A stretch of DNA of 64,000 nt from an uncultured Parachlamydiaceae bacterium (lineage in GTDB: Bacteria > Chlamydiota > Chlamydiia > Chlamydiales > Parachlamydiaceae). Shown one piece after another: positions 49,468-59,607 of this stretch (position 1 is the stretch's first letter; every line of letters starts with the position of its first letter). The notes under the pieces were generated by a model. That model ran no database searches and was not told where the DNA came from. It saw only the letters and a program-made list of their open reading frames with translations. The translations under genes were made by a program, and so were the position numbers. The stretch spans positions 352,001 through 416,000 of the forward strand of contig CAVVXH010000010.1 of assembly GCA_963752155.1 (NCBI GenBank), read 5' to 3'.

Positions 49468-50856
49468 ATGAAATTTGTTGGTCGTTCTCTAGAGTTAAAA
49501 ACATTGGAAAGGCATTATGGTTCCAACCAGGGAGAGCTTTTTATTGTCTATGGCCGCAGAAGGGTTGGTAAAACAGAATTGCTCAATCATTTTTGTCAAG
49601 GACGGCCTCATATTTACTTCACAGCCTCTCAAGCTGAAAGTCGCGATAATTTGCATCAATTTGTTGAAATATGCAACGCTTGGTTAAAGAATGATGCCGT
49701 AGAAGGTGTAACATACAACTCGATCGAAGGCATTTTAAAGCTTCTCGTCTCTAAATGGATTTTGAAAGAAAAATTAATCATTGTGTTAGATGAATTCCAA
49801 TATTGGGTAAGTGGTGACTTAGCCCTACCTTCGTTAATTCAAAGGTTCTGGGATCAGTTAGGAAATCGTTCTAACTTGATGATCGTACTATGTGGTTCCT
49901 ACATCAGTTTGATGATTGATTATACGCTAGCTGAAAAGTCTCCGCTTTATGGGAGGCGCACAGGGCAGTTGCAAGTCTATCCTTTTGATTACCGCAGTGC
50001 ATCGCTGTTTTTTCCGAATTGGAGTTATCGCTCTAAACTGTTGGCCTATGGTGTTCTAGGAGGTATACCTGCTTATCTTAAACAATTTGATTCAAGTCTT
50101 TCTTTTGAAGAAAATCTTATAGAGAGATTCTTATCTAAAGGAACCTTTTTAAGTGAGGAGGCAGGATTTCTTCTCCGAACAGAGTTAAGAGATCCTCGTA
50201 CTTATAGTAGCATTTTGCGGGCTGTAGCCTCAGGAAATACGACCATAAAAGATCTTTGCTCCAAATTAAATATAGAGGCTAAATCTATAAGTCCTTATTT
50301 AAAGAATCTTCAGGAACTACACGAAATTCAGCGGGATGTTTCCATCAATGAAAAAGCTCCCGAAAAGAGCCGCAAAGGACGTTATCGCATTCAAGATAAC
50401 TATTTAAATTTTTGGTTCCGCTTTGTTGATCCATATATCACTTTGCTAGAGCTTAATGAAGGAGCGGAGCTTTTTCGCCAAAAGATTGCTCCATATCTTT
50501 CAGATTATATGGGGGGCATTTTTGAAATAGTTTGTCAACAATATTTATTGTTATATGGAAGTGAAGTCAACCTTTCCTTACCGAAAAAGGTAGGTAAGAT
50601 TTGGGCAGACCAATTTGACATCGATGTTGTGAGTGAAAATCTTGATGATACTTACTGTTTTGGTGAATGTAAGTGGTCTCAAATAAGCAATTCCAAAGAG
50701 CTCTTTTACAAATTGAAAGTACGAGCTACCGAGACTGGACTTTATACCGAAATGTCAAAACTTCTTCTTTTTTCAGGTGAAGAGATCTCCCCAATTAAAA
50801 ATATAGAGGCTAATAGGATTCTAGTCCCTGCTTCTGACTTGTTTGCTGGGGAATAA
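49468..50856 (+). CDS. Archaeal-type AAA ATPase with wHTH and DUF234/PD-(D/E)xK-like C-terminus
   Basis: FVGR..EL, YGRRRVGKT, LDEFQY, CGS, LYGRRT, LGGIPAYL, FWFRF and DIDVV...GECKW. Confidence 0.88.
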   Translation: MKFVGRSLELKTLERHYGSNQGELFIVYGRRRVGKTELLNHFCQGRPHIYFTASQAESRDNLHQFVEICNAWLKNDAVEGVTYNSIEGILKLLVSKWILKEKLIIVLDEFQYWVSGDLALPSLIQRFWDQLGNRSNLMIVLCGSYISLMIDYTLAEKSPLYGRRTGQLQVYPFDYRSASLFFPNWSYRSKLLAYGVLGGIPAYLKQFDSSLSFEENLIERFLSKGTFLSEEAGFLLRTELRDPRTYSSILRAVASGNTTIKDLCSKLNIEAKSISPYLKNLQELHEIQRDVSINEKAPEKSRKGRYRIQDNYLNFWFRFVDPYITLLELNEGAELFRQKIAPYLSDYMGGIFEIVCQQYLLLYGSEVNLSLPKKVGKIWADQFDIDVVSENLDDTYCFGECKWSQISNSKELFYKLKVRATETGLYTEMSKLLLFSGEEISPIKNIEANRILVPASDLFAGE

Positions 50857-50976
50857 AAGAAATTAAGACTTCATTTGACGATTTGGCTAGCATTACAGTA
50901 ATTTAACAATTGGGTTGACCGCTACTAAAAATCTAGTACAAATCTACTCATAATCCTCTGAGAAGTAGCCAGAACG

Positions 50977-52526
50977 CTAGCCAAGCAGTTTTGCTAACGA
51001 TTCACGTACTGGAATCGCACCAATAACAATCAGGAGCTGCTCTGTCTCAAGAGTCTGAGTTTATTGGACTCAAGGATCGATATCATCGCCCGAAAGTGTG
51101 CTGCAAGCACCGTTTTAATTTCTTTTTCACCTTCCCCCAGAAATGCCATACATGTTTTGTTCGATTCCTCACGGGTAGAACAAAAGCGACATGACCTCCC
51201 TTTCCATCGGGAATTTTCCCTTCGGGAGAACAGGGTGCTTCAGAAAATTGTTGATAACGCCTTGCAATGCAAAGTGCAGCTGCAAGATGAACACTTAAAC
51301 CATAACGTTTTGCATAGTTAACGCGTCCTATAATAGAGGTAAATGCCGGATTGACTTGATGGACTGTAACTCCATGTTTGTATGCTCGCGCTTTTAAAAA
51401 TACGAAAAATAATCCATATGCAAAACTTGACAAAAGTCGTGAAAATTTTTTATTTCCTTTTTCTTTCAAAGACAACTTCTTTTTCGGGAAATCCAGATCC
51501 TCGATGACGATAGGTTTTTTTGTTTCTTTTGCTCTCTCAATATGGCTTTGCAAAGATCTCCTATAAGAGCTTTAAGCTGATTTTTGCTTTCCCGTAGGAA
51601 ACCCAAGAAAACGTTTTTCTTTTGACAGGATTGCCAAAGCGGTCTGTCTCCATATAGGCAACATGATCGGTATTAAGGTCGATCCCAATAACCCCACGTT
51701 GCTCTTCTGAAACGGAAGCCACTTTTTTTAAGGCTGTTGAAACAAAGACTCTCCAGCCTTTTCCATCTTTTTTAAACCGGTAAGACAATGCTTGGCCCTC
51801 CGGATGATGATGCATGCAAGGATGGCCTCATGTCCATAAGCGAAGGCAATATTTTCGATCTCTAGATATTTTCCCTATTTTTCTTGCAAAGCTGTAGGTA
51901 AACGCAGCCGCAAGCATAGGCTCCTCATTTCCAATATTTGGACATGTTTGATTGCCTGCCGTTTCGTCCTTTGATCCTATAACAAAAAATTCACTGTTGC
52001 GTTTGGCTTCCCATTGCTCTTTCCATTCTTGATGTGAGGCAAAGCCATTTTTTTCGAGATAAAATTGAGCGCTAAAGAGTTTTTTACCTCCAAAACAAAG
52101 ACGAACACGACCTTGCTTCCGATCTTCTTCTAAACAAGAAAGACGATGAGACAAGTTCTCTTTGCGTCGTTTTTTTTGATGGAGAACAAATTGTTTTGAA
52201 GTTTTTTTTTCTAAGCATTTAATGTTTTTCTCAAGAGTAGCGATTTGTTGTTTTAGACTTGCAATTGCTTGTTCTTGCCCGCTTTTGCAGGCAGATATTT
52301 TTCCCTCAAGGCTGACTCGACAAGCATTAAATTGCCTCGCTGTAATGCCATAAATTTTTAGAAAACTATTTTTACATGATGCTGAGGAGCTCTCTCCATT
52401 AGCTACTTTTGCATATAAAGAACGCTCCACTTTACTCAGCAAATAAGCGCAACTTTGAAGAACTTCTTCTTGGTTTTCATTCAGCTGTAGACGAGTTTGA
52501 TAGGTTAAAGTCATTTCATTTGTCAT
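50977..52526 (-). pseudogene. tnpB: TnpB RNA-guided nuclease (IS607 type, no Zn finger), fragmented
   Basis: TYQTRL, FGGKKLF, GSKDETAGNQ, RuvC-I GIDLN, RuvC-II VIEDLDF and VNPAFTS..H.AAALCIARR spread over several frames. Confidence 0.8.
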
Positions 52527-52865
52527 CGCAATCAACACCTTTGCAGCATCTACAAGTTTTTTATTTTTTCTACTGCGACTACCGTACAAACGAGCAGAAA
52601 AAACAGTAATGATTTCTAGCACATCTTGTGCAAGCTCTTCTTCAAAAGAAGCTTCGTCGCCTTTGTTAATAATAACAACTTCAATTTGCTTTACCTCGCA
52701 AAGTGCAAAAATCAATTCTGCACCAAAACGTAACAAACGATCCTTATGCGTTAATACTAGATTACGATCAGGCATTAGATAGCCTGTCTCTTCCCAACGT
52801 CGAAGAGTTTGAATGCTGACCCCTAAAACTTTTGCGGCTTCGCCGACCTTGATAAATCTAGTCAT
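52527..52865 (-). pseudogene. tnpA: IS607 TnpA with an internal deletion, in frame with tnpB
   Basis: The HTH (EAAKVLGVSIQTLRRWE) joins directly to LVLTHKDRLLRFG..EELAQDVLEIITVFSARLYG; the catalytic YARVS segment is absent. Confidence 0.8.
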
Positions 52866-52918
52866 TTGATTAGATAGTATCAGATATGTATAGATTTATG
52901 CAAGCAGTTTCAAACCCC

Positions 52919-53128
52919 AACATCATTACTTAAACTTTCAAAAAATTGACGTGGATCACGGCTTGCCATCTCTCGAATGTCCAATGGCTCTAAAGTCACA
53001 TAAGGTTTATTGGGAAATTGATGACGCACTAAAGTCGTTTTCCCGGATTGGCGAGGCCCAGTCACTGTAACTATGGGATAGCTGTTTGCTAAAGCGGCCA
53101 ACTCTGGTGCCATTTGCCGTTGATACAT
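52919..53128 (-). pseudogene. Truncated AAA_14/DUF4143-type ATPase
   Basis: VTGPRQSGKTTL; the ORF ends at the IS607 left end and no Walker B continuation is seen. Confidence 0.75.
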
Positions 53129-53199
53129 ATAAATCCGGATATATTGAAGTTTACTTGCAATGTATCCGATTATTTTTTTTGTGTCAAAAAGATTAGTTA

Positions 53200-54879
53200 T
53201 TAACTTCTGATGGCGACTAATTTATGCACGCAAGTGACCGCCATTGAACCGTCTCCGACTGCAAATCCAACTCTTTTTGTGGAACCAGAGCGAATATCAC
53301 CTGCAGCAAGTATTCCCGGAATTGTAGTTTCCAGCGGGCAGGGTTCTCGATCCTGCAGCGGCCATAGTCCTGATTGAAGGGCATTGATGCCTGTCAAAAT
53401 GTAGCCAAGGGAATCTCTTCCAAGAGTTTTAGGTAACCAGAAACATCCTGGATCAGCTCCTATAAAAACAAATGCGGCAGCAATAGGAATGGTTTCAATA
53501 GATTTATCTTTTTGACTTTCAGTAGGATTGGGATCATAAGGTCGCAAAGAAACGCTTTCCATCCGTTCATCCCCATGAACAGCTGCGACTTCGACCCCTT
53601 CATGTAGTACAATATTGCGAGCTGCCCGAATCCTCGCGACGAGATAATCTGACATCCCAGGTCCTAACTTTCTTCGCACGAATAAATGGACTGTGCGGTC
53701 ATGACAGCATTCAGCTAGAAACACGACTGCTTGTCCTGCAGAATTACCTGCTCCGACGACCGCGACGTCTTGTTTGTCGTAAAGGACGGCTTCGACTGAC
53801 GTGCATGCATAATAGATTCCCGCCGATTCGAATCGATTTGCACCGGGAACTTCAAGTTTTCTCCAATGTACTCCCGCCGCAATCAGGACAGTACGAGCAC
53901 GCAGAATATTTCCGCAGTCAAGATGCAGTAAATGATAATCATTTGGAGTTGCAGCGGGTTCAAGCAATTCAACAGATACTGGAGCAACCATTTTAGCTCC
54001 AAATTTCAACATCTGTAAAACACTTCGCGTTGCAAGTTCAGTCCCTGAAAGGCCGCTGGGGAATCCAATAAAATTTTCAATTTTTGAAGAGCTAGCTGAT
54101 TGTCCTCCGGGACCGAGACTATCAAGAACGACTGTAGAAAGACCTTCTGAAGCGGCATAGACAGCAGTTGTCATCCCTGCAGGCCCAGCACCGATAATAG
54201 CAAGATCCGTTTTTTCAGTGGGGCAGTGTCGCCAAACCCCTATCCCTTGTGCCAGTTCGCGAAGTCCGGGATTGATGAGCAATGTGCCATCGTTGCATTC
54301 TATAACCGGGGTATGTTCGGGTGATCCCCAATCTTTCAAAAGTTTTTGCCCCCGATCGGTTGATGAGTCGTACCAAGTGAAAGGGACAAAATTTTTGAAG
54401 AGGAACTCACGGACTAGCATGGTATCATGACATTTTCCAGGTCCAACAATTTTCATCCCTATAACGCCTGTTTCTAATAAAAGTCGACGACGCTCTTGTA
54501 TTGCGTTCAGCAGTTTTTCACCTAAATTGGGAATTTTGCTTAGGATTTCATGTAATTGAGTTGCGGGGATGCGAAAAAGTTGTGTCGGACCATAGGCAAT
54601 TCCCGTGAGTATGACAGGACGATGTGTCAATAAATCGATATCTCCCGCAAATTGTCCGGGACCATGTGTGACGATATGTCGATTCTCATCGGCGGGGTTC
54701 ACTATTTTGATCCCTCCGGTTTCAACGACAAATAAATCTAAATCCACATCTCCTGCATGGAAGATGATCTCGCCATCGGAGAAAGAGACTGAGTCAGAGA
54801 GTAATTTGAGGAGCATCATGTCATGGGCTTCAAGCCGAGGAAAGGCTATTGGATTGGATATTAAAGTCTCGTTTAACAT
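53200..54879 (-). CDS. Cyclic-nucleotide-binding domain fused to a thioredoxin-reductase-like FAD oxidoreductase
   Basis: N-terminal cNMP fold (GEIIFHAGD..LFVVETG..GPGQFAGD); IIGAGPAG, IENFIGFP, VVGAGNSAGQA and AAGDIR. Confidence 0.88.
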   Translation of the reverse strand: MLNETLISNPIAFPRLEAHDMMLLKLLSDSVSFSDGEIIFHAGDVDLDLFVVETGGIKIVNPADENRHIVTHGPGQFAGDIDLLTHRPVILTGIAYGPTQLFRIPATQLHEILSKIPNLGEKLLNAIQERRRLLLETGVIGMKIVGPGKCHDTMLVREFLFKNFVPFTWYDSSTDRGQKLLKDWGSPEHTPVIECNDGTLLINPGLRELAQGIGVWRHCPTEKTDLAIIGAGPAGMTTAVYAASEGLSTVVLDSLGPGGQSASSSKIENFIGFPSGLSGTELATRSVLQMLKFGAKMVAPVSVELLEPAATPNDYHLLHLDCGNILRARTVLIAAGVHWRKLEVPGANRFESAGIYYACTSVEAVLYDKQDVAVVGAGNSAGQAVVFLAECCHDRTVHLFVRRKLGPGMSDYLVARIRAARNIVLHEGVEVAAVHGDERMESVSLRPYDPNPTESQKDKSIETIPIAAAFVFIGADPGCFWLPKTLGRDSLGYILTGINALQSGLWPLQDREPCPLETTIPGILAAGDIRSGSTKRVGFAVGDGSMAVTCVHKLVAIRS

Positions 54880-54958
54880 AATAACCTCAATAGTAATATG
54901 TTTATGCCCCTTTTAATTTATAATATAATTATTTATTAAAATAGTCAATAGGTGAGAA

Positions 54959-55032
54959 AGATGCTGCATATTAAGATATAAAGTATGGGAAAAAATTAAA
55001 CGCAAAGTTTAATTTTTCTTAGTACTCCGCAT
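54959..55032. repeat. Family B element, internally collapsed copy
   Basis: Keeps both outer ends of the 32534-32731 copy in inverted orientation but lacks the periodic arms and the spacer. Confidence 0.8.
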
Positions 55033-55041
55033 TCGATTTTG

Positions 55042-56604
55042 TTATTTAGGAGCGGGAATGGCTGTTCTTAACTTTTCAGGCAAGCTCGTTAAATTTTCCG
55101 GTAAAATCGTATCCACTGTCCCATATGAGGTAAAAAGGGTTGCCGAAAGAAATCGCAACCTTGCAATATTCTGAAAATATTGCTTCTGAATATTGATCTG
55201 CTGAATAAGTGCATCCAAAAGTCGATTTTCAAAATCAATCAAGAAAAACAAAGTACTAAAACCAGCATCCAATTTTTTAGTTTCATTTTCTACCAATATC
55301 TGGTTGTTCTTAACAAGCTCCTGTACATTTTTCAAGTTTATGCCTAAGGTGGTTTGATCGCTTAACGCTTCTCTTAAATCTTTTAGAGCCTGCTGCGTCA
55401 ACTGTTGGATTCTAATTTTTGTTTGAGACCACCTTGCTTGCGTTTGGCGTAAAACACCCTTAGCAGCATCATTATGGAGGGGGATAGAAAGATTTACTCC
55501 AATTGTCCAATCTTTTTCAGGGGGACCTCCATTTAATGCTCCAAATAATGGTTCCGCTCGTTTGTTGCATTCAAAATTTGATTTAGTCACACTCGCTATG
55601 AGATCTAGCTGCGGAAGAAGGCCGTTACGAGCTCCCAAAACTAATGTGTAGGCCGCTGACTCTCTGAATCGAGCGGCAATGAGATCAAAACGCTCATAGG
55701 CTGCTCGTTCCAATAAAAAACATCTAATTTTAGCCAATTCCTCAGCAGAATATTCTGGTACAGGGAGTTCATCCTGCAAGAAAAATTCTTCAATTTCGCA
55801 GGGACGTTCGTCGACGATGTTCATGGCAAATTCTAACTCTTCGAAGGCTGTAAAATAGGCTTGCTTGGCATTTTCTAAATCAGTCTCCCTTGCAGCTAGC
55901 TGAGCAAGGGGCTGGTAGATTTCCGCCGCAGCCAATTCGTCTTGTGCGATGAGTTTCTTGATCTTTTCAATAAGCGCGATATATTTCTTAATGGTAATAT
56001 TAATCGTCATATAGGTGTTTTTGGCCGCAACTAATTCCCAATAAAGGTTTGCTGTGTTAAAAATTCTCAAGGAAATCTCTTGGATTGAATCAAAATACGT
56101 GGCTTCTGTTTCAAGTGAATTCGCTTTCTCTATAACGGTGTCTCTACCATAAATGAGCCCCCTGAGAAGAGGCTGTCGAACAGCAAAAGCAACAATTGCA
56201 GTGTTGAGTTTACGTGGAATTCTCGCTGGATTAAATATTTGATCAATCTCAAATGAAAAGGCAAAGGATGTTCCTAAACGTGTTTTTTTAGATGCGGTTA
56301 CATCCAAGACAGTTTCATGTCCTCCTCTAGTTGTTTTTAGAGGTGTCGTAGAGTCTTGAGCATCTTCTATCACCGTAAAGGTGTCTGTATTATTCAGGAG
56401 TGGATCAAAGGGGCCTGCAGATTCTTGCCACACTCCTTGACTAAAGTTATATTGTTCGATAGCAAGCTGTATATCGAGTTGATTCTGGAGTGTAAGTGTG
56501 ATAGCATCCATGAGCGTTAATCGCCTTGTAGGTTGCTTAGGGAGCTCAGAAGCAGTGACTGAACAAAATAATAGCATGTATACAATAAGGTAAAGTTTAA
56601 TCAT
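55042..56604 (-). CDS. TolC family outer membrane protein
   Basis: Signal peptide; LTLMDAI..L.N, RQPLLRG, LPQLDL and GVNLSIPL; last gene of the export operon. Confidence 0.85.
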   Translation of the reverse strand: MIKLYLIVYMLLFCSVTASELPKQPTRRLTLMDAITLTLQNQLDIQLAIEQYNFSQGVWQESAGPFDPLLNNTDTFTVIEDAQDSTTPLKTTRGGHETVLDVTASKKTRLGTSFAFSFEIDQIFNPARIPRKLNTAIVAFAVRQPLLRGLIYGRDTVIEKANSLETEATYFDSIQEISLRIFNTANLYWELVAAKNTYMTINITIKKYIALIEKIKKLIAQDELAAAEIYQPLAQLAARETDLENAKQAYFTAFEELEFAMNIVDERPCEIEEFFLQDELPVPEYSAEELAKIRCFLLERAAYERFDLIAARFRESAAYTLVLGARNGLLPQLDLIASVTKSNFECNKRAEPLFGALNGGPPEKDWTIGVNLSIPLHNDAAKGVLRQTQARWSQTKIRIQQLTQQALKDLREALSDQTTLGINLKNVQELVKNNQILVENETKKLDAGFSTLFFLIDFENRLLDALIQQINIQKQYFQNIARLRFLSATLFTSYGTVDTILPENLTSLPEKLRTAIPAPK

Positions 56605-56613
56605 TCTTTTTTC

Positions 56614-59607
56614 TTATAATTTCTGTTTTTCAATGAACTCTGCAAATAAACCTTTTTCATTTAGCAATTTTTCGAAGGAGCCTTCCTGAACAATTTTACC
56701 CTTGTCCATGACATAGATTCTATTTGCATTTCGAATGGTGCTCAAGCGATGTGCAATCACAATTCTGGTCATATAAAATTGATGTAAGCTTTTTGAAACA
56801 GCTTCTTGAGTGATATTGTTAAGGGCACTTGTGGCCTCATCTAAAATAAGAACTTTTGGGTTGCATAAAATGGCTCGTGCTAAAATGAGTCTTTGTCGTT
56901 GTCCTCCTGAGAGGTTTGTTCCACCACCGATTAAAGGTGTACGTAGACCCATGGGCATCTTAGCTAAATCTTGCTCAAAATTGACTGTGATGAGTGCTTT
57001 CATAATTTCTTCATCTGTGACGTCCCTTCCGGCCGCAACATTTTCCCGAATGGTCCCTTGAATAATCTGACTACTCTGAAAGACAACTCCTATTTGTTTC
57101 CGTACATCTTGAGGATTTAATTCATTTAAATCCCAGCCATCGTAGTAGATGGCCCCTTGTTCAGGCTTTTCGAAGCCAAGTAATAGCCTCACTAGGGAAG
57201 ATTTTCCACAGCCTGAATGTCCTACAATTGCAATAAATTCTCCTGGAAGAATGTGCATGGAGATATCCTGATGAATATAGGGAGAATAAGCATCATAGCG
57301 GAAGTAAAGATGATCTATCCGTATTTCTCCTAAGAAGTACTTCGTTTTGTTTTTATAAGTGATTTCGGTATTTTCAATAGGCGCTTCTAGGATGGTTTTG
57401 CTTCTTTCCCAAAAGGGAAGGATGTCTACACCTCTGGCTAAAACGGCGTTAAATTCTTTAAAAGCAAGAAAAAAACTCATGAACGCGGAGGTAAAAGCAA
57501 TATAATAACCGGGACTCAGCACATTTTCGGAATCTTTGTTTATCATATTGATAATGAATAGAAAAATGCAAAGGTAACAAAAATAGGGTAAAATTTCTTC
57601 TATAACCCGTATAATGGCATGGATACGATTTCGTTGAAGTTCCATTTTTTTAGTATTTAGAAACAAATTGTTCCAATCTGAAAAAATCCGATTTTCAGCT
57701 CCATTTGTTCTAATTTTTGTGATTCCTTTAACCGTTTGAACGATTTTGCCATATAAAATACCTGAAGTGGCGCTAATTTTGCGATTTGTCCCTGCAATAG
57801 AGTAAAAAGCGACCAATGAGATGAAAAGTATTGAAGAAAAAATAATGAGAATGAGCAGAGCTAAAAAGGGGATATAGAAAAACATTAATATTAAGTAGCC
57901 GCAAGCAAACAAACAAGATACGAAGGTGCGTATGGCATAAGATGAAAATGTTGTTCGGATAACGTTTATTCCTTGCATACGATTAAGTAAGTCTCCGCTG
58001 GAGATATTACGAAAATAATTAAGATGAACTTGAAAAAGGCGTTGCCATAGGGCGCATTCCAGGTTAGTAAAGACGGTACCATCAAGACGTAAAATAGCCA
58101 TTTCTCTAGCTAAAATAAAAATAGAGGATCCAATAGCCGTGATTCCTACGGCCAGGATCACTTGCCATAGTAATGAAGCATCGTGGCTTGGAATCACGTA
58201 GTCAAAAAGAAGACCGCTTAGGATGGGGATGGACAGAGCTAAAACCATGACCATAAAAGCGGCTAAAAAGGTCAGGAAAATATTATTTTTTTGATCTTTT
58301 AAAGAAAAATTTAAAAGTTGTGCATTTGTTAGTTTCTCTTGATAGGGGAGAGAACGGTAGAACATGTTTGCTGTAGAGTCCAGGTGATTTGCGATCGATT
58401 CGTCGAGCGGGAGTTTTTCATCTAGGGTAGGGTTAACGATAGTATAACCGGAGGTTGAATTCGGGATTAAGACTACATAGGTAAATCTAGATCCTTTTTT
58501 GAATCTCCCGAGCAAAAGTCCACAATCTTTTTTCCACCAATTTTTTGAGAGAAATACTTTTCTTTGGAAAATGGAAGAATCGGAAGCCACCATCCTCACT
58601 TGTTCATTGGGATGATGCGAAAATTTCTCTATTGAAGTGGCAAATGGTTGATGCAAGCGTTTTCCAATAATCTGACAAGCCTTTATAAGTCCTTCATTTT
58701 CATCGTGCAATAGGGGGATTTCATCGTGATTCTTAAAAAAGAGCTTTTGCATTCTATTGAGAGATGACTGAAGCCATTCTCTTTCTCTTTTAAGCTGTAC
58801 TGCAAAGGCAGCTTTTTCTTCAAAATGTTCTTCTATAATTTGAGAGGACAAGAGTTCCAGGATATAGCGATTAAATAAAAAAATTCCTTCCCAATATTCA
58901 TCATTCGAAGCCCAGTTGGTGTTGGCTGAGATGAGAACTTCACCTTCATTCTCGCAGCGCAACCATCCCGAAGAAAATGAAGAACACGAGGAGCATAAGG
59001 GAAAGATAGGAGAATTAACGGAAAGAGGCGTTTTTTTCATTCCGAGAAAAAGGAATTTTCCTCTGATAATTTTTAGCCAAATGAGCTCGCGATGACTTTC
59101 GTCTTGTGCTAGCCAAGAGAAGCTTGCAGTTTGATTATCTTTAAGAGATAAGATAGCATCTTTTTTTATGAAGTGATCAAATTGAGAAGGAGGCGTGTTT
59201 ATAAAATTATTCAGAAAGTTACTACACCAATTTCTATATTGGATTGAAAGATAATTTTGCAGTTCCGGAAAAAGGAGAAGTAACTCTTTTATTTTCTGGA
59301 AAGGCACTTGCTTCATCACTGTTTTCTGCACGGGTATAATTATTGCCAGATGGTTTTGAGGGTTGTTAGGGGGGCGAAAAGGAAAAAGTAGATTTCCCTG
59401 ATCAAAGTCACATAAAAAGACAAGTGGTCCCTGGATAACACCTGCTTCGTTCTCGATTTTCAAGGAATCTGAAACGAATAAATTGACAGAGCCGCTTTCA
59501 ATAAAATATAGACAATGGATTTCACGAAGCAAGTGGTGGCCCGAGGGCTCTAAAACGATTTCTTGACCTTCATTTTGAAATAGTTTATATAAGTCTTCAG
59601 TCTTCAT
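56614..59607 (-). CDS. NHLM bacteriocin system ABC transporter, ATP-binding subunit (cNMP-like N-terminus, degenerate peptidase domain)
   Basis: LYFIESGSVNLF, WWKKDCGLLL, TM domain, GHSGCGKS, LSGGQRQR and LDEATS. Confidence 0.85.
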   Translation of the reverse strand: MKTEDLYKLFQNEGQEIVLEPSGHHLLREIHCLYFIESGSVNLFVSDSLKIENEAGVIQGPLVFLCDFDQGNLLFPFRPPNNPQNHLAIIIPVQKTVMKQVPFQKIKELLLLFPELQNYLSIQYRNWCSNFLNNFINTPPSQFDHFIKKDAILSLKDNQTASFSWLAQDESHRELIWLKIIRGKFLFLGMKKTPLSVNSPIFPLCSSCSSFSSGWLRCENEGEVLISANTNWASNDEYWEGIFLFNRYILELLSSQIIEEHFEEKAAFAVQLKREREWLQSSLNRMQKLFFKNHDEIPLLHDENEGLIKACQIIGKRLHQPFATSIEKFSHHPNEQVRMVASDSSIFQRKVFLSKNWWKKDCGLLLGRFKKGSRFTYVVLIPNSTSGYTIVNPTLDEKLPLDESIANHLDSTANMFYRSLPYQEKLTNAQLLNFSLKDQKNNIFLTFLAAFMVMVLALSIPILSGLLFDYVIPSHDASLLWQVILAVGITAIGSSIFILAREMAILRLDGTVFTNLECALWQRLFQVHLNYFRNISSGDLLNRMQGINVIRTTFSSYAIRTFVSCLFACGYLILMFFYIPFLALLILIIFSSILFISLVAFYSIAGTNRKISATSGILYGKIVQTVKGITKIRTNGAENRIFSDWNNLFLNTKKMELQRNRIHAIIRVIEEILPYFCYLCIFLFIINMINKDSENVLSPGYYIAFTSAFMSFFLAFKEFNAVLARGVDILPFWERSKTILEAPIENTEITYKNKTKYFLGEIRIDHLYFRYDAYSPYIHQDISMHILPGEFIAIVGHSGCGKSSLVRLLLGFEKPEQGAIYYDGWDLNELNPQDVRKQIGVVFQSSQIIQGTIRENVAAGRDVTDEEIMKALITVNFEQDLAKMPMGLRTPLIGGGTNLSGGQRQRLILARAILCNPKVLILDEATSALNNITQEAVSKSLHQFYMTRIVIAHRLSTIRNANRIYVMDKGKIVQEGSFEKLLNEKGLFAEFIEKQKL

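Larger units (their letters stand above)
50919..52918 (-). mobile_element. IS607-family insertion sequence, decayed and non-autonomous
   Basis: MerR-HTH/serine-recombinase tnpA plus tnpB; on the minus strand both ends carry GG (GGGGTTTGAAACTGC... and ...TTTTAGTAGCGG); periodic AGAT motifs near both ends; no terminal inverted repeats. Confidence 0.85.
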
